64,000 nucleotides of DNA from Tetramitus jugosus (lineage: Eukaryota; Protista; Heterolobosea): assembly GCA_937625935.1 (NCBI GenBank), contig OW569390.1, forward strand, positions 323,380 to 387,379, given 5' to 3'. Of this stretch, positions 34,629 to 46,117 are shown one piece after another; positions within the stretch are counted from its first letter, which is position 1, and each line of letters opens with the position of its first letter. Made by a program: the position numbers and the translations under genes. The notes beneath the pieces were generated by a model, which was given only the letters and a program-made list of their open reading frames with translations, was not told the origin of the DNA and did not search any database.

Positions 34629-36350
34629 TTAACTACTTGTAAATATCGTCACATCTTGAAATACTTCAAGTTTCATCACGTCAAGCAACCGAGGAAACGC
34701 TCTCGTGAACACGTACTTGTCCTCCAATAAAACTAACAGCGGTGCTTCACCTGCAATCATTCTTATCGTTTGCTTCTTTGGATCATGCTTCATAAACTTT
34801 GTGCTAATAGAGTACAGTTGAGGATGATCGGCATGAGGCGTCGAGTGATTACCACAACAAAAGTGTTTCACACCCATGCCCCACGCTTTTTCAGCACCCT
34901 CTGTGCAAAATATGGTCGCCTGATAGGCACAAGCCAAACTAGTGATCCGACTTCCGTTCAGATCCGGTATCAGTGGATTAATGTGTTGCACACGTGAAAA
35001 TAAACTTTCGTTCGATGTGAAATTGGTCTGTGACTCTGTATTATCACCACAAATGAACAAGTCGTACGTATCGGTCAAGAAGGCTGAGTGCCCTCTGCCT
35101 GCATCAATCGCCAAGAACTCATTCTTGAAATAGGGTTTGAATTGCGATGTGTCCAACAATTCTGGTCTCAAGACATGATTCAAATGCCCTGTTGCTAAAT
35201 TACCGGTATTGTTCTTACCACATACATAAACATACTGATGACGACTATTGTCACCGCTACCTCTACTACTAGCGCTGCTGCTACTGCTATCGTCACCACT
35301 ACACACATCTCTATCCACACATATAAAAAAGGAATGAGCCGTTCCACATACAATCTTCTCTATGCGTACGTGATCCGGTACTTTGACTTCACCCACCAAT
35401 CGATCATAATCCTCTCTTCCCAATTGACAAAAGCTCTTGCCACCAAACGAATAAGCCACACCTCTCGCACCATCCAACAAGAACCCGTGACCATACCCAC
35501 ACTGCGCATCCGTAATAAACACACAATTCTCTCCACTCTCATCATTCGAATCCGGTACCATAATTTGTTTGGGCGTCTTGCTCTCACCATGATATCCACA
35601 ATTTTGCCAATCATTTGAACCACATGCAAAAGCCCTTCCATCTCTCGTCACAAACACTGAATATTCACCCTTGGCTCTCACTTTGATCACATCCAATCCC
35701 TCCAATCCCAAAATCTTTCTCAAACGTTTCTCCGTCGATCTAGTGACGGACATTTGATATCGGAGATTTTCACCAAAGCCCCAAACACTTCCATCGTCCA
35801 AACATAACATGCTATAGTTCATTCCGCAGCACATGTCAACAATGCGTCTTCCACGAAGTGCCTTGTGAGTAAATGGTACAATGACATCATCATCACCATC
35901 ATTGTTATGATTGATATGATGATTGTTATGATGATTGATGGTAGTCGGATTATTGGAGCTATTGTTGTTGTTGTTGTTGGTAGTAGTGATAGATTGTCGA
36001 GTAGTAGATGTAGTGGAAGAAGTAGAGGTGGCAGTTAAGAGAGGGTAGAGCTGAGGTTCACCAATCACTTTGCACATCAATAAATTTTGATGAAAAATGT
36101 TGGTTGATGGATAGGATTGAATAATGAGACGCTTCAGTCTTCGTCTCTGTTTGGCATCCATTTTTTTATTGTTAATTAGGGTGTGATGATGGTGATTTAG
36201 GTGGTTGTGAGTGTTGTTGTTGTTGTTGGTTGTGTTTATTGTAGTGAGTTGTTGAGCTACGAGGTGCTCAATGAATGGTGGACGACGATGACCATGGTGA
36301 TGGTCATTAATCGTCAATGGATGATCAATCATGCTCTTTTGGCTGCTCAT
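34629..36350 (-). CDS. RCC1-repeat protein with N/H/T-rich N-terminus
   Basis: Motifs 'VWGFGENLRYQ', 'AFACGSNDWQNCG', 'YVCGKNNTGNLATG' and 'IDAGRGHSAFLT'. Confidence 0.8.
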   Translation of the reverse strand: MSSQKSMIDHPLTINDHHHGHRRPPFIEHLVAQQLTTINTTNNNNNTHNHLNHHHHTLINNKKMDAKQRRRLKRLIIQSYPSTNIFHQNLLMCKVIGEPQLYPLLTATSTSSTTSTTRQSITTTNNNNNNSSNNPTTINHHNNHHINHNNDGDDDVIVPFTHKALRGRRIVDMCCGMNYSMLCLDDGSVWGFGENLRYQMSVTRSTEKRLRKILGLEGLDVIKVRAKGEYSVFVTRDGRAFACGSNDWQNCGYHGESKTPKQIMVPDSNDESGENCVFITDAQCGYGHGFLLDGARGVAYSFGGKSFCQLGREDYDRLVGEVKVPDHVRIEKIVCGTAHSFFICVDRDVCSGDDSSSSSASSRGSGDNSRHQYVYVCGKNNTGNLATGHLNHVLRPELLDTSQFKPYFKNEFLAIDAGRGHSAFLTDTYDLFICGDNTESQTNFTSNESLFSRVQHINPLIPDLNGSRITSLACAYQATIFCTEGAEKAWGMGVKHFCCGNHSTPHADHPQLYSISTKFMKHDPKKQTIRMIAGEAPLLVLLEDKYVFTRAFPRLLDVMKLEVFQDVTIFTSS

Positions 36351-36902
36351 ATTCCTATTTTTTTTTGGTTGTGTAGGTAAGGCCAGTGTGTTTTGGCATA
36401 TGCTTTCGACCTAATATACTTTGGAAGATTCGAGGGTGTTACGGACATTTGAGTTACACAACATCCGACGGATGAAGCATTTTATCCGAAAGGTTGTTTT
36501 TATTTCATGGGTAACAGCAAGGTTCAACTAATGGTTCTTTCTTGCTTTCAGGTTTTTCTGAGAGAACAGTAGAGAAGGGCGAGAGCTATGAATCAAAGGT
36601 GTTTGGCAATGGAGGAGTTCTTTCCTTCTTGTGCCAAACGATCTGATTTTTGATTGTTGGGCCATGATGGATGAAAAAGAGAGAGAGCAGTTAGGCGACG
36701 AACTCCAGAAAAGAATCGAACTGATTGAAAAATGGCAGAAAATGCTCGAACACGCCGTATGTCCATAAATCACCCAAAAAGTTCGAAGAAATATTCTCTA
36801 CCCTCAACAATAACACCCAACCACACAAGCAAGCTCCTTGACATCAGAGTAACATACTCTTGCATTACAACTTTTTAAACACATTCATCACACAAACAAA
36901 AC

Positions 36903-38369
36903 ATGGCCATTACAACCAAACCCATCATTACCTTTTCACCAACCACCACCACCACCTCTACTATATCAACAACCAACCTCCTTACTCCAAAAACTCCTAC
37001 AATCCTAAGAAAACGAACCAGAGATGAGCTATTGAACTCTGTTCCTGACTCTTCTCCCCCTTCCAAAACAAAAGCTAAAGCTTCGACTGCTCAAACAGCC
37101 AGAAAATGTCTCATTTTCACTGACAATCAAGAAGATAACAGTGACACTCAAGCTCAAGCTCAAAAACAACAAGATCTGCCAAGTGTAAATAATGAAAAGA
37201 GCTTTACGTGTCAAATGTACATTACTAGGGATCACTCTTGTCAAATTACATTGACTGACCAAAGTTCTAAGCTATCTACAAGTAGTGTGACCATTAGCTC
37301 TATTTTAGGATCACTCTCAGAATTGAGAGTCGCTGATTTTGCACCCAAGGGTTGCCTCAGTCTCTACCAGAGAAACAATCGTTTCCATAGTCATATTGTT
37401 CGACTCAAGATTGATGGCAAGGATGAGTCATCTAGGATCATGCTCGCTTACTTGAAGGGTCTACTCAGTAGAAAGGAAGAATTGGCTGTTGTGCCCATAC
37501 CTGACTCAAAGAAACAATTGTTGATTTTTGATTGGGAACTTGAGCAACAGCAACAAATGAACAATAGCGGTGATAATAGTGCTGCTGAATTGTTGAATCT
37601 TTCGTCGTTTAGTGTGACGTTGCATGCCGTACTCGTAGATCGATATAATCTCGTATTGGATTTGGATGAGACACTGATTCGAACGAGAAGACCTAAATCT
37701 GCAGAGGAACAACCTAGGAAGGCATCTGCAGAGGACTCTTCGGAGGAACACGAGTTCTATGTCGAAGGTCTGAGGTACATTTGCTGTGTTAGACCTGGAA
37801 CAAATCTTTTGTTGGCATGGGGAGCTCAAGTATTCAATGTGATGATTGTGACCAATTCGATCTGGGAGTATGCCAAGCAAATTTTACAAATTCTGGACCC
37901 TAACAGAGAACACTTGCTCAAGGGCATCAACATTGACAATGTCCATGAGTTGGAAGCGATTTTAAAGTCAAGAAAGGATATGGTTCCTCATCCAAACATT
38001 CCTGCTCCATTGGGACAAAAGGATTTGACAAAGTACAACCTCTCACCATTCGAGAGCATTGTTCTGGATGACGATGAAACTATCTGGAAAGTTAGGGAAC
38101 CATTGCTTCCGTTTGACAAAATTGTGGAGAACAAGGACTCAAAATCCTTCTTCTGTGCTGTTAGAATGGAGTCATGGAAAAAGTTGCTTCATTTAACCAC
38201 ACTCAAGAACAGATTGAGAGACAATATAGAGAAGGAAAGAGCACTGGCAGCAAAGCAGCGCGAAGCTGGAGAGAGGCCAACAAAGCGTCTAAAGTTGGAA
38301 ACACCACCTACCCCAATTACTTTCTCACAAAATCACTGTCTGACTGTGATACAACCTGTCGAAAAATAA
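36903..38369 (+). CDS. FCP1/SCP (NIF) family HAD phosphatase with an extra N-terminal domain
   Basis: 'LVLDLDETLI' (DxDxT), 'VRPG', 'YAKQILQILDP', 'KDL' and 'IVLDDDETIW'. Confidence 0.85.
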   Translation: MAITTKPIITFSPTTTTTSTISTTNLLTPKTPTILRKRTRDELLNSVPDSSPPSKTKAKASTAQTARKCLIFTDNQEDNSDTQAQAQKQQDLPSVNNEKSFTCQMYITRDHSCQITLTDQSSKLSTSSVTISSILGSLSELRVADFAPKGCLSLYQRNNRFHSHIVRLKIDGKDESSRIMLAYLKGLLSRKEELAVVPIPDSKKQLLIFDWELEQQQQMNNSGDNSAAELLNLSSFSVTLHAVLVDRYNLVLDLDETLIRTRRPKSAEEQPRKASAEDSSEEHEFYVEGLRYICCVRPGTNLLLAWGAQVFNVMIVTNSIWEYAKQILQILDPNREHLLKGINIDNVHELEAILKSRKDMVPHPNIPAPLGQKDLTKYNLSPFESIVLDDDETIWKVREPLLPFDKIVENKDSKSFFCAVRMESWKKLLHLTTLKNRLRDNIEKERALAAKQREAGERPTKRLKLETPPTPITFSQNHCLTVIQPVEK

Positions 38370-38398
38370 ATGACTCAATGGTTGACCGGAATTTGTGT

Positions 38399-40792
38399 TT
38401 ATTCAAGTTTTTGCAAGATTTGAGCAGCTGCATCAGGTATCTTAGTACCAGGTCCAAAGACAAAGGCAACACCAGCTTCGTACAACTCATCATAATCTTG
38501 ACGAGGAATGACACCACCAGCAACAACCAAAATGTTGTGCAAATCGTACTTCTTTAACTCATTGATGAGTTGAGGAAGCAAAGTACGATGACCTGCAGCT
38601 TGAGAGCTCACACCAATAATGTGAACATCATTGTCAACAGCTTGACGTGCGACTTCAGCAGGAGTTTGGAACAATGGACCAACATCAACATCGAATCCCA
38701 TGTCAGCAAAGCCAGAAGCAATCACCTTGGCTCCTCTATCGTGACCGTCTTGACCCATCTTGGCTACCAAGATTCTTGGTCTTCGACCAGTCTTTTCTTC
38801 GAACTTTTGAACCAAATTGGCGACATTGGTAATGGATGCTTGTTGGTCATCAGCCTTGCTAAAGGATTGAGTGTAAGCTCCAGAAACAACAGCATTGTTT
38901 GGAACGTGACGTCCATAAACCTTCTCCAAAGCATCAGAGATTTCTCCAACAGTAGCTCTTTCTCTAGCAGCACTGATTGCAAGACCCAACAGGTTAGTTT
39001 CGTTGGATGACGCTTGCTTTGCGGCTTCAGTGAGCGCATTGAGTGCTTGCTGAACCTTCTGCTCGTTTCTCTTTGCTTTAGTCTCGTGCAATCTCTTGAT
39101 TTGTTGTACTCTGACCTTGCTGTTATCAATCTTCAAGATTTCAATATCATCTTCCTTATCAAGTCTGTACTTGTTCACACCAACGATGGTCTCGAGGCCA
39201 GAGTCGATTCTAGCTTGCTTTCTGGTTGCGCTTTCTTCGATTCTCAACTTTGGCATACCACTGTTAATAGCTTTAGTCATACCACCTAACTCTTCAACTT
39301 CTTCAATAATCTTCTTGGCTTCATTGTACAAATCATCAGTCAACTTTTCCATCATATAACTTCCTCCCCATGGATCGACAACTTGAGTGATACCAGTTTC
39401 TTCTTGGATAATCAATTGAGTATTTCTGGCAAGTCTTGAAGAGAATTGAGTTGGCAAACCAATTGCCTCATCAAAAGAGTTTGTGTGCAAACTCTGAGTT
39501 CCACCCATGACTGATGCCATAGCCTCAATCGTTGTTCTAATAATATTGTTGTATGGATCTTGTTCAGTGAGAGAGTAACCACTGGTTTGACAATGAGTTC
39601 TCAACAACAAACTCTTGGTACTCTTTGGATTGAACTTCTCCTTGACCAACTCGGCCCACAACTTACGTGCGGCACGAAGCTTTGCAACTTCCAAATAAAA
39701 GTTCATACCGATTGCAAAGAAGAAGGAGAATCTTGGAGCAACCTCATCAACAGTACTTCCAACCTTCTCACCACATCGGATATACTCCAAACCATCAGCA
39801 ATAGTGAATCCCAATTCCAATGCAGCATTGGCACCAGCCTCCTGCATATGATAACCAGAAATGGAAATACTGTTGTACTTTGGCATGTGTTGACTCGTAT
39901 AAGAGAAAATATCACCAATAATTCTCATGGACGGCTCTGGTGGATAAATAAAGGTGTTTCTGACCATAAACTCCTTCAAAATATCATTTTGAATGGTACC
40001 AGTGAGCTTTTCAGGCTTCACTCCCTGTTCTTCAGCAGCAACAACGTACATGGCCAAAATGGGCAACACTGCACCGTTCATTGTCATGGAAACAGACATC
40101 TTGTCCAACGGAATACTGTCAAACAAGATTTTCATATCTTCCACAGAGTCAATTGCAACACCAGCCATACCGACATCACCCAACACTCTTTCATTATCAG
40201 AATCATAACCTCTGTGAGTAGCCAAATCGAAAGCTACACTCAAACCCATTTGACCACTCTTGAGAGCTTGCTTATAGAAGGCATTGGACTCTTCAGCAGT
40301 TGAAAAACCAGCATATTGACGAATGGTCCATGGTCTGTTGGTGTACATGGTGGCATGAGGACCTCTGAGGTATGGGAATTGACCAGCAGACAACTCTTCG
40401 ACTTTTTCCACATCAGGAGACTTTTTGTCAGCACTTGTATAAATTGGTTTAATGATAATGCCCTAATGAGTTTGTGTGTTATTGAAAAAACGTTGATTGT
40501 TAGCTAAAAGCTTTTTCTCTCATCATACAAGTAAAAAAACAATTTTTTGATCTTTGTGATAATTGCATACCTCTGGAGTAGTTCTGAAAAGCTTTTCAAC
40601 TGGATCTTGACCCAACTCCTTTTGGGCAATCTTCTTCCAACTTTCAGGTGCACTTGCAACATGTTGAGCTTTTTGTTGATCAACAAACTGTTGTGATAAG
40701 TTCTTGGAAGTGGTATGAATTGCTCTGCTGTTCTTGGTGATGCTATTGCGAACAACACTTGTTCTCTTGATGGTGGAAGCTCCCTTCAACAT
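38399..40792 (-). CDS. MMUT: Mitochondrial methylmalonyl-CoA mutase; exons 40792-40571 and 40462-38399
   Basis: Motifs '[18 protein letters not shown]', '[14 protein letters not shown]' and B12-binding '[12 protein letters not shown]'. Intron 40463-40570 gives 'TPE|GIIIKPIY'; a presequence is present. Confidence 0.97.
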
Positions 40793-40962
40793 GGTTGTGG
40801 ATAAGTTGTCACTCGCACACAAGAAAAAACAAAAAATCACAAACCCGCACTTTAATCACCAAATAACTCCGTTCAATCAATTTTCCACCGATGATTGTTT
40901 TCCCGCTCTTGCACACAAAAACAAACTGGAACAAAAACAACAACCACAGAACAACATAGACA

Positions 40963-41538
40963 ATGAGTGACGAACAAAAACAACAAGATCGTTCAACAAC
41001 AGTAGAACAAGAAACTGTTCGGACGTTATTTAACCCTGAAGATTACAATGAAAAGGTATGATTCAACTGAACAAACGCATAGAAAAGCAGATCCTTCTTA
41101 TGCTTTCCAATCCGAATCCGGATCCAACCAACACAGAAGTTCTATTGACACGTATCCTAGGGAGAGAAAATATGGAAGAGAAAGAAGCCTGCCGATCGAA
41201 CCAATGCAGGCACGAGACCTCATCGTTGCGCCATTCGTTACACTGATTTTCTTGCTTCCTTTTCAACAATGTCGCTCGGTAAGATATCGGGTCGTTGGAG
41301 TCTTTTTTATCAATGTATGAGATCGAAGCCTGGACAAGAGCCGCGTGATCCTGTAGAATTCTTGGATGAAGATACATATGAGTTTTATCAGGAAATGCAA
41401 GTCAAGAAGAGAATTAGAGACAAGTTTGTGGATGAGTCGAGTCCGTATTCATCGTTTGATCATTCTGTATATTTGCCGCCAAGACGACAAGATTTGGAAA
41501 AGAAGGCAGCAGAGGAAAGACAGGCACGAGAACAATAG
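40963..41538 (+). CDS. Hypothetical 156-aa protein; exons 40963-41055 and 41161-41538, not resolved by the ORF track
   Basis: ATG at 40963, GTATGA donor at 41056, and a CTAG acceptor at 41160 give an open frame MSDEQK...NEK|GEKIWKRKK...WSLFYQCMRSK...EQ*. Confidence 0.65.
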
Positions 41539-41583
41539 ATAAAAACACATATGTTGTTTAGAAAAGTGATATTGTACATCGTT

Positions 41584-44500
41584 TTACTCATCTGACATGG
41601 CAGCATCATCTTCACCGTCGTTGAGAGGCACTTCATCTATTAGACTGTCCAACTCGCGATTCATTGTTGTTAATCGACGGCCACTTGGACTAGCAGGCAT
41701 TTCTTCATCTTCTTCCTCATCCGATGAGATATCATCCAAGTCCAGTGCTTCGACATCTGAATCAGAGTCATCGAGCATCCGTTGTTGTGTGGCAGCGCAT
41801 GACAGTCGACGTGCAATAGATGCCGACCGAGGTGAATATTGCATCTCTTCGCAATCATCGAGTATCAGGTCATCATCGTTGTACTTTGCGGGGGTCTTAA
41901 TTGGAGTACTAATTGGTGTTTTGACTGGCGTGGCAAAAGCAGGAGAAGAGCTTTGACTTGAGCCATTAGGTCCACAATCTTCTAGGGATAGAGTAATGTT
42001 GCTGCTGGTTGGAGGTGCTTTGGTGGGTGTGATTGTTTCGACGTCCATTGTGGTTTGTGGTACAACTTCTGGCACAACCTCTGGCTCAACAGGAATGCCA
42101 GCAATCTCAAAGAACCTGGCTGTGAGAGAGTCCTCATTTGACAGAGATTCCATGAAACTATCTCTGAATTGGGAGTGTTCTTCTTTTTCCAGCTCTATTA
42201 ATTGTTCGAGCTCTTCATTTTCGGTGCTGTCCTGCTCCATATCTGCATCTTCAGTGCCCCGAGTACTCTTGGTCTTTTCTAACTGAGATCCAAGTATCTC
42301 CAAATATTTTTCTACTGCTTTAGCAGAAATTCTATTGGCTATGGTTTCTTCAGCCATCTTTAAGATAGTGTGAAGCTGCTTAATGGTTTGTTTGTCCTCA
42401 AACTCGTTGAAATTTGCAAACAGCTTACAGAAAGTGTTAGATTCTTTCCCGTTGCTGAGAAGCACTTCATATGCTAGTTGAATTGCGATAGATGCATGAG
42501 GTTGAGGGAAGTTCAGGTCCTTAGGGGCCTTCTTTAGGTGAGTTCGGTCTGTCAGGTAAATTAAAAATTGACCAGCTTGTTGCAGATTGATGGAGCTCAT
42601 TTGAGAAATTCTGAATAGGGTTGGAAGCACTACCTTAGCCACCCTGTTCATATTCTTGAGAGAGGAGAACGCAAAAGCAGGCAAGAACATGGAGAGGCAC
42701 TGTTTTACCTGAACCAGGTTTTCAGTTCGTGGATCAAACAGTACAATTATCATATTTGAAACGACTTCAAGGACATGATGCTCTTGAAGTTTGTTGAATA
42801 TGATTAATTTACAACATCCCTCAATTGCTGTAACAGCAATATCAGAGTGATCACCTTCGAACATTAACTGTTTAAAGGTTGCAATCAGCTCGCTAACACA
42901 AACTTCTTTTTCTTCCATTTCACATCGCTCATAAATCTTTCCCAGAGAGTGAATTTGAACCATGTCGAATGATGCTGCCAGAGCAGCACGATGAATGGCT
43001 GGGTCCTCCTTTCGGTCATACAATGAATTTGTAAATAGATTGACATACTTCTGAGCAAATGGTAGATGCATTCCACAATATTGACCCAACACTGTCATGG
43101 CGAAGCTACGAACATGTACGCTAGCCTTAGTTAGGCAAGGTACAACGATAGTTTTCAGAATATTGGACTCCTCCAACAATTTTTGAACGCATTGTGGAGA
43201 AACAACTCTATTGACCTCCCTCAGTACACACAAAGCACGAATCCAAACCATTGCATCTTTTTTCAACGTATCAGCACTTGTCAGATCCTCTTCCAACTCC
43301 AAAATTGCCTCATTTACCACTTCTATTCGACCCGTAACTTTTTGCAAGTCCTCCCTAATTTCATCAATCATTTCAGAATCATCTTCCTCGGCTTCATCTA
43401 GCTCTGACTCCAAGCGTGCTCTATCTTTCTCGAGGCGCTTAAGCTTTGTTTTGCATTTCTTAATATTCGAATTAATTTCATTCTTGTGTAATTTCCTCTC
43501 TTCCTCTTCGGAATTTGCTTTGTTCTCTAGCTCGGATGCAAGACATTGAAGAGGTTCGACACACTCACGAATCGTCGTCCGGAACTCAGATTCAGAAGGT
43601 ATTACAATCTTAAGGGCTTCTATAATTTCAGTTATATGATTCTCTGGAGATTGGAAAACCATAACCATGTGTTTAAGAATAGTGTGAATGTTCTTTCTTC
43701 CGACCTCATCGCAAAAGTCTAAATGCCTTGCGATAATCAAGCACTGCTTGGTTGTGAATTCTTGACATTCCTTGTAGTGCCTTGCAGTAATAGCACAGAA
43801 TTCTGTTGCATTTGGAAGAACTTCTTCCAAATCATCTTCTTTTTCGTCTTTGAGCAGATATTGTATTTTCATCCGCAGATACAATGCCTCTTCTGGAGAC
43901 AAATTATGAATGTCGATTGTTCTACCCATGATATGCTTTTTCATGTCAGCATCATTCACAGAAAATAAAGATGTAAGCACTAGCTCGGCTGTTTCTGTAT
44001 CGTTTTCAACATCTAGTGCCTTAAGGAGAGCAATAATGTCATTTTCGACTTGTATTCCTAACCACTGCTTGGCCAATAATGATACACAAGCTTGTTGTAC
44101 TGATGTACTTCTATCTCTCAATCCATTCTTCAATATAGATACTCTCTCTGAAATAGAAAGTCGCTTGAAAGGACAGTCAGTAAAGAGTTTCTCATATGCC
44201 ATTCGTCTAACATCATCCTTCACATCTCTAGTTCTTTCCACAATGGCAGACAGTGTATACTTGCTCGGAAGAATGCATTTTACAACCTCTTTCCGTACAT
44301 CCTTGTTTGTATCAGTGGCCATCAACCGTTTGTATTCATTCGTGATTTCATCTTCAGGATTGAGAGGGTCATGAATTCTGGCCAAAATACACACTGCTTG
44401 CTGTCTCACGGCTGGTACCTTGTCTTTTAGTCGGCACACAAAAGTAACTAACAATTGTTCACATAATTCATCTTCAATCTCAACTTCATCAGGCATCAGA

Positions 44501-44994
44501 TCCATCAATCCAGCAACAATCTGGCAAACTCTGAATCTGATTGATTTATCTTTTGCATGGGCATAATTTATCAGACATTTAATCATATCAAAACAGAATT
44601 TTTGTGTCACATCATCCATTGTATCAACAGTAAGACCACTGTTTCTTCTCTGTGTTCGGTTTCCTACTTCTTCCTCAGAGCTAATGCGTTCAGCATTGGA
44701 TGTATATTGAATAATGAATTGGATTAAGCGCTCCACATTTGGTTCTCTCTTAAAAACCAGTAAAATGGGTCGTATCATCACGAAAAACTGCTGGAAAAAG
44801 AGTTCAGTATCTTGGCAGTGCAACTTCCTTAGAGCTAATGCACACTTTCTGTGGGCAGCAATCGTTTTCTGAGCACGGTTAAGTTGGAGAGCAATCTTCT
44901 GGGAATACTTTTTTTCAATTCCAGCTCTCTGGTTGGAAGGTGAAGCTTTTTCACTGACGAGTGTGTCATTTCCTGGTTTGTTAGTTTTGACCAT
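41584..44994 (-). CDS. NCAPG: Condensin I HEAT subunit CAP-G (Ycg1)
   Basis: Motifs 'AQKTIAAHRKC', 'AKDKSIRFRVCQI', 'RLKDKVPAVR', 'ERTRDVKDDVRR', 'LKNGLRDRS', 'LDFCDEVGR', 'AIEGCCKL' and 'QCLSMFLP'. Confidence 0.93.
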   Translation of the reverse strand: MVKTNKPGNDTLVSEKASPSNQRAGIEKKYSQKIALQLNRAQKTIAAHRKCALALRKLHCQDTELFFQQFFVMIRPILLVFKREPNVERLIQFIIQYTSNAERISSEEEVGNRTQRRNSGLTVDTMDDVTQKFCFDMIKCLINYAHAKDKSIRFRVCQIVAGLMDLMPDEVEIEDELCEQLLVTFVCRLKDKVPAVRQQAVCILARIHDPLNPEDEITNEYKRLMATDTNKDVRKEVVKCILPSKYTLSAIVERTRDVKDDVRRMAYEKLFTDCPFKRLSISERVSILKNGLRDRSTSVQQACVSLLAKQWLGIQVENDIIALLKALDVENDTETAELVLTSLFSVNDADMKKHIMGRTIDIHNLSPEEALYLRMKIQYLLKDEKEDDLEEVLPNATEFCAITARHYKECQEFTTKQCLIIARHLDFCDEVGRKNIHTILKHMVMVFQSPENHITEIIEALKIVIPSESEFRTTIRECVEPLQCLASELENKANSEEEERKLHKNEINSNIKKCKTKLKRLEKDRARLESELDEAEEDDSEMIDEIREDLQKVTGRIEVVNEAILELEEDLTSADTLKKDAMVWIRALCVLREVNRVVSPQCVQKLLEESNILKTIVVPCLTKASVHVRSFAMTVLGQYCGMHLPFAQKYVNLFTNSLYDRKEDPAIHRAALAASFDMVQIHSLGKIYERCEMEEKEVCVSELIATFKQLMFEGDHSDIAVTAIEGCCKLIIFNKLQEHHVLEVVSNMIIVLFDPRTENLVQVKQCLSMFLPAFAFSSLKNMNRVAKVVLPTLFRISQMSSINLQQAGQFLIYLTDRTHLKKAPKDLNFPQPHASIAIQLAYEVLLSNGKESNTFCKLFANFNEFEDKQTIKQLHTILKMAEETIANRISAKAVEKYLEILGSQLEKTKSTRGTEDADMEQDSTENEELEQLIELEKEEHSQFRDSFMESLSNEDSLTARFFEIAGIPVEPEVVPEVVPQTTMDVETITPTKAPPTSSNITLSLEDCGPNGSSQSSSPAFATPVKTPISTPIKTPAKYNDDDLILDDCEEMQYSPRSASIARRLSCAATQQRMLDDSDSDVEALDLDDISSDEEEDEEMPASPSGRRLTTMNRELDSLIDEVPLNDGEDDAAMSDE

Positions 44995-45192
44995 GGTTGT
45001 GAAATGTGCAACTTGTTTTTTTGCTATTTTTCTCTGTTCGAGTCTGTTGTCCTTGAGAATGGCGGGCTGAAAAGTTGTTTAACGATATTTTTTGGCGGTC
45101 AAAAAACCCGCGTAGTCACGACTGGGTTTATGTCACAAAATCCTATCATCCCCGCAAACCACAACTCCACTCGTCCAATACTTAACTTAACC

Positions 45193-46075
45193 ATGCCAGT
45201 TAGATTCAACAAAAATTCATGGCGAGAGTTCTCTGGGGAAGAAATTCAAATCATTCAAAAGGAACGTGAACAAAAGTCAACAAAACTTCGAGAGCTGTTG
45301 GCGCAATTTCCAATCGAAAAGTTTGAGGTTTGTTTCTTCTTCTGTTGGCCTTCTTTTTTAGTCAGACTTAGTGTTTACTTATGGTGTTCTCTATTTATTT
45401 CCATTCAATTGTTCCGTTGGCGCTCGATTTTTACAGTACGGCAGAATTTGTCCTGCCTGCGACAAGCCAAACAACAAGGATACACCATTCTGCACAGGAT
45501 GTGGCTTCGAGCTGGTTTTTGAAGATTTGGAGAGGATTCCTGACAATGTATTCATGGATATTATCACTGGTGTAAACAAGGAGACTAAAATTGTGTACGA
45601 AGACGAAGAAATCTTGGTTCTTAATGATCGATTCGGTGTAAGTGTCCATGGTGAGCATATTGACGTCATCCCAAGACAGGTCATCACTGATGTAACCGAG
45701 TTGACGAGAGAACATTTACCATTGGTTCGAAAGCTGTACAGTATTGGTTTGGAACACTTGAAGACACGAGGATTCTGTGAAAGAAATGGTATCGAACCAG
45801 ATGAACTGGAGAATTGGATCACAGCAGGATACAATTATCCTGTATCTGTGAAGCATTTGCACTTGCACATGGTCTTGCCTCCATTCAAGCAAGAAAAGGT
45901 GTGCGTGTACCCTCGTTTCCATGGACATCAGAAAATAGTTTCCGATTTGGAGACACATGGTAGAGTGATTGTGTATCAGGAAGTTCCAAATGAGACTGAA
46001 GGAGCAAAATTCTATGAGAACGCAATTCATAGGCACAGATCAATTAGCTCACGAGCACCAAAACAACAAGAATAA
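45193..46075 (+). CDS. HIT-family protein (HINT3/aprataxin-like) with an N-terminal zinc ribbon; intron 45328-45436
   Basis: 'CPAC...FCTGCG', 'EHIDVIP' and 'GYNYPVSVKHLHLH' (histidine triad). The intron joins 'KFE|YGRIC'. Confidence 0.8.
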
Positions 46076-46117
46076 ATACGGACAATGTTAAGGGAACCAA
46101 ATTTTAAATTGTTTTAT

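Noticed and set aside
39560-40303. 247-aa plus-strand ORF and the many other antisense ORFs
   Set aside because: These are shadow frames of conserved genes such as MMUT; they show no motifs and are explained by codon bias.
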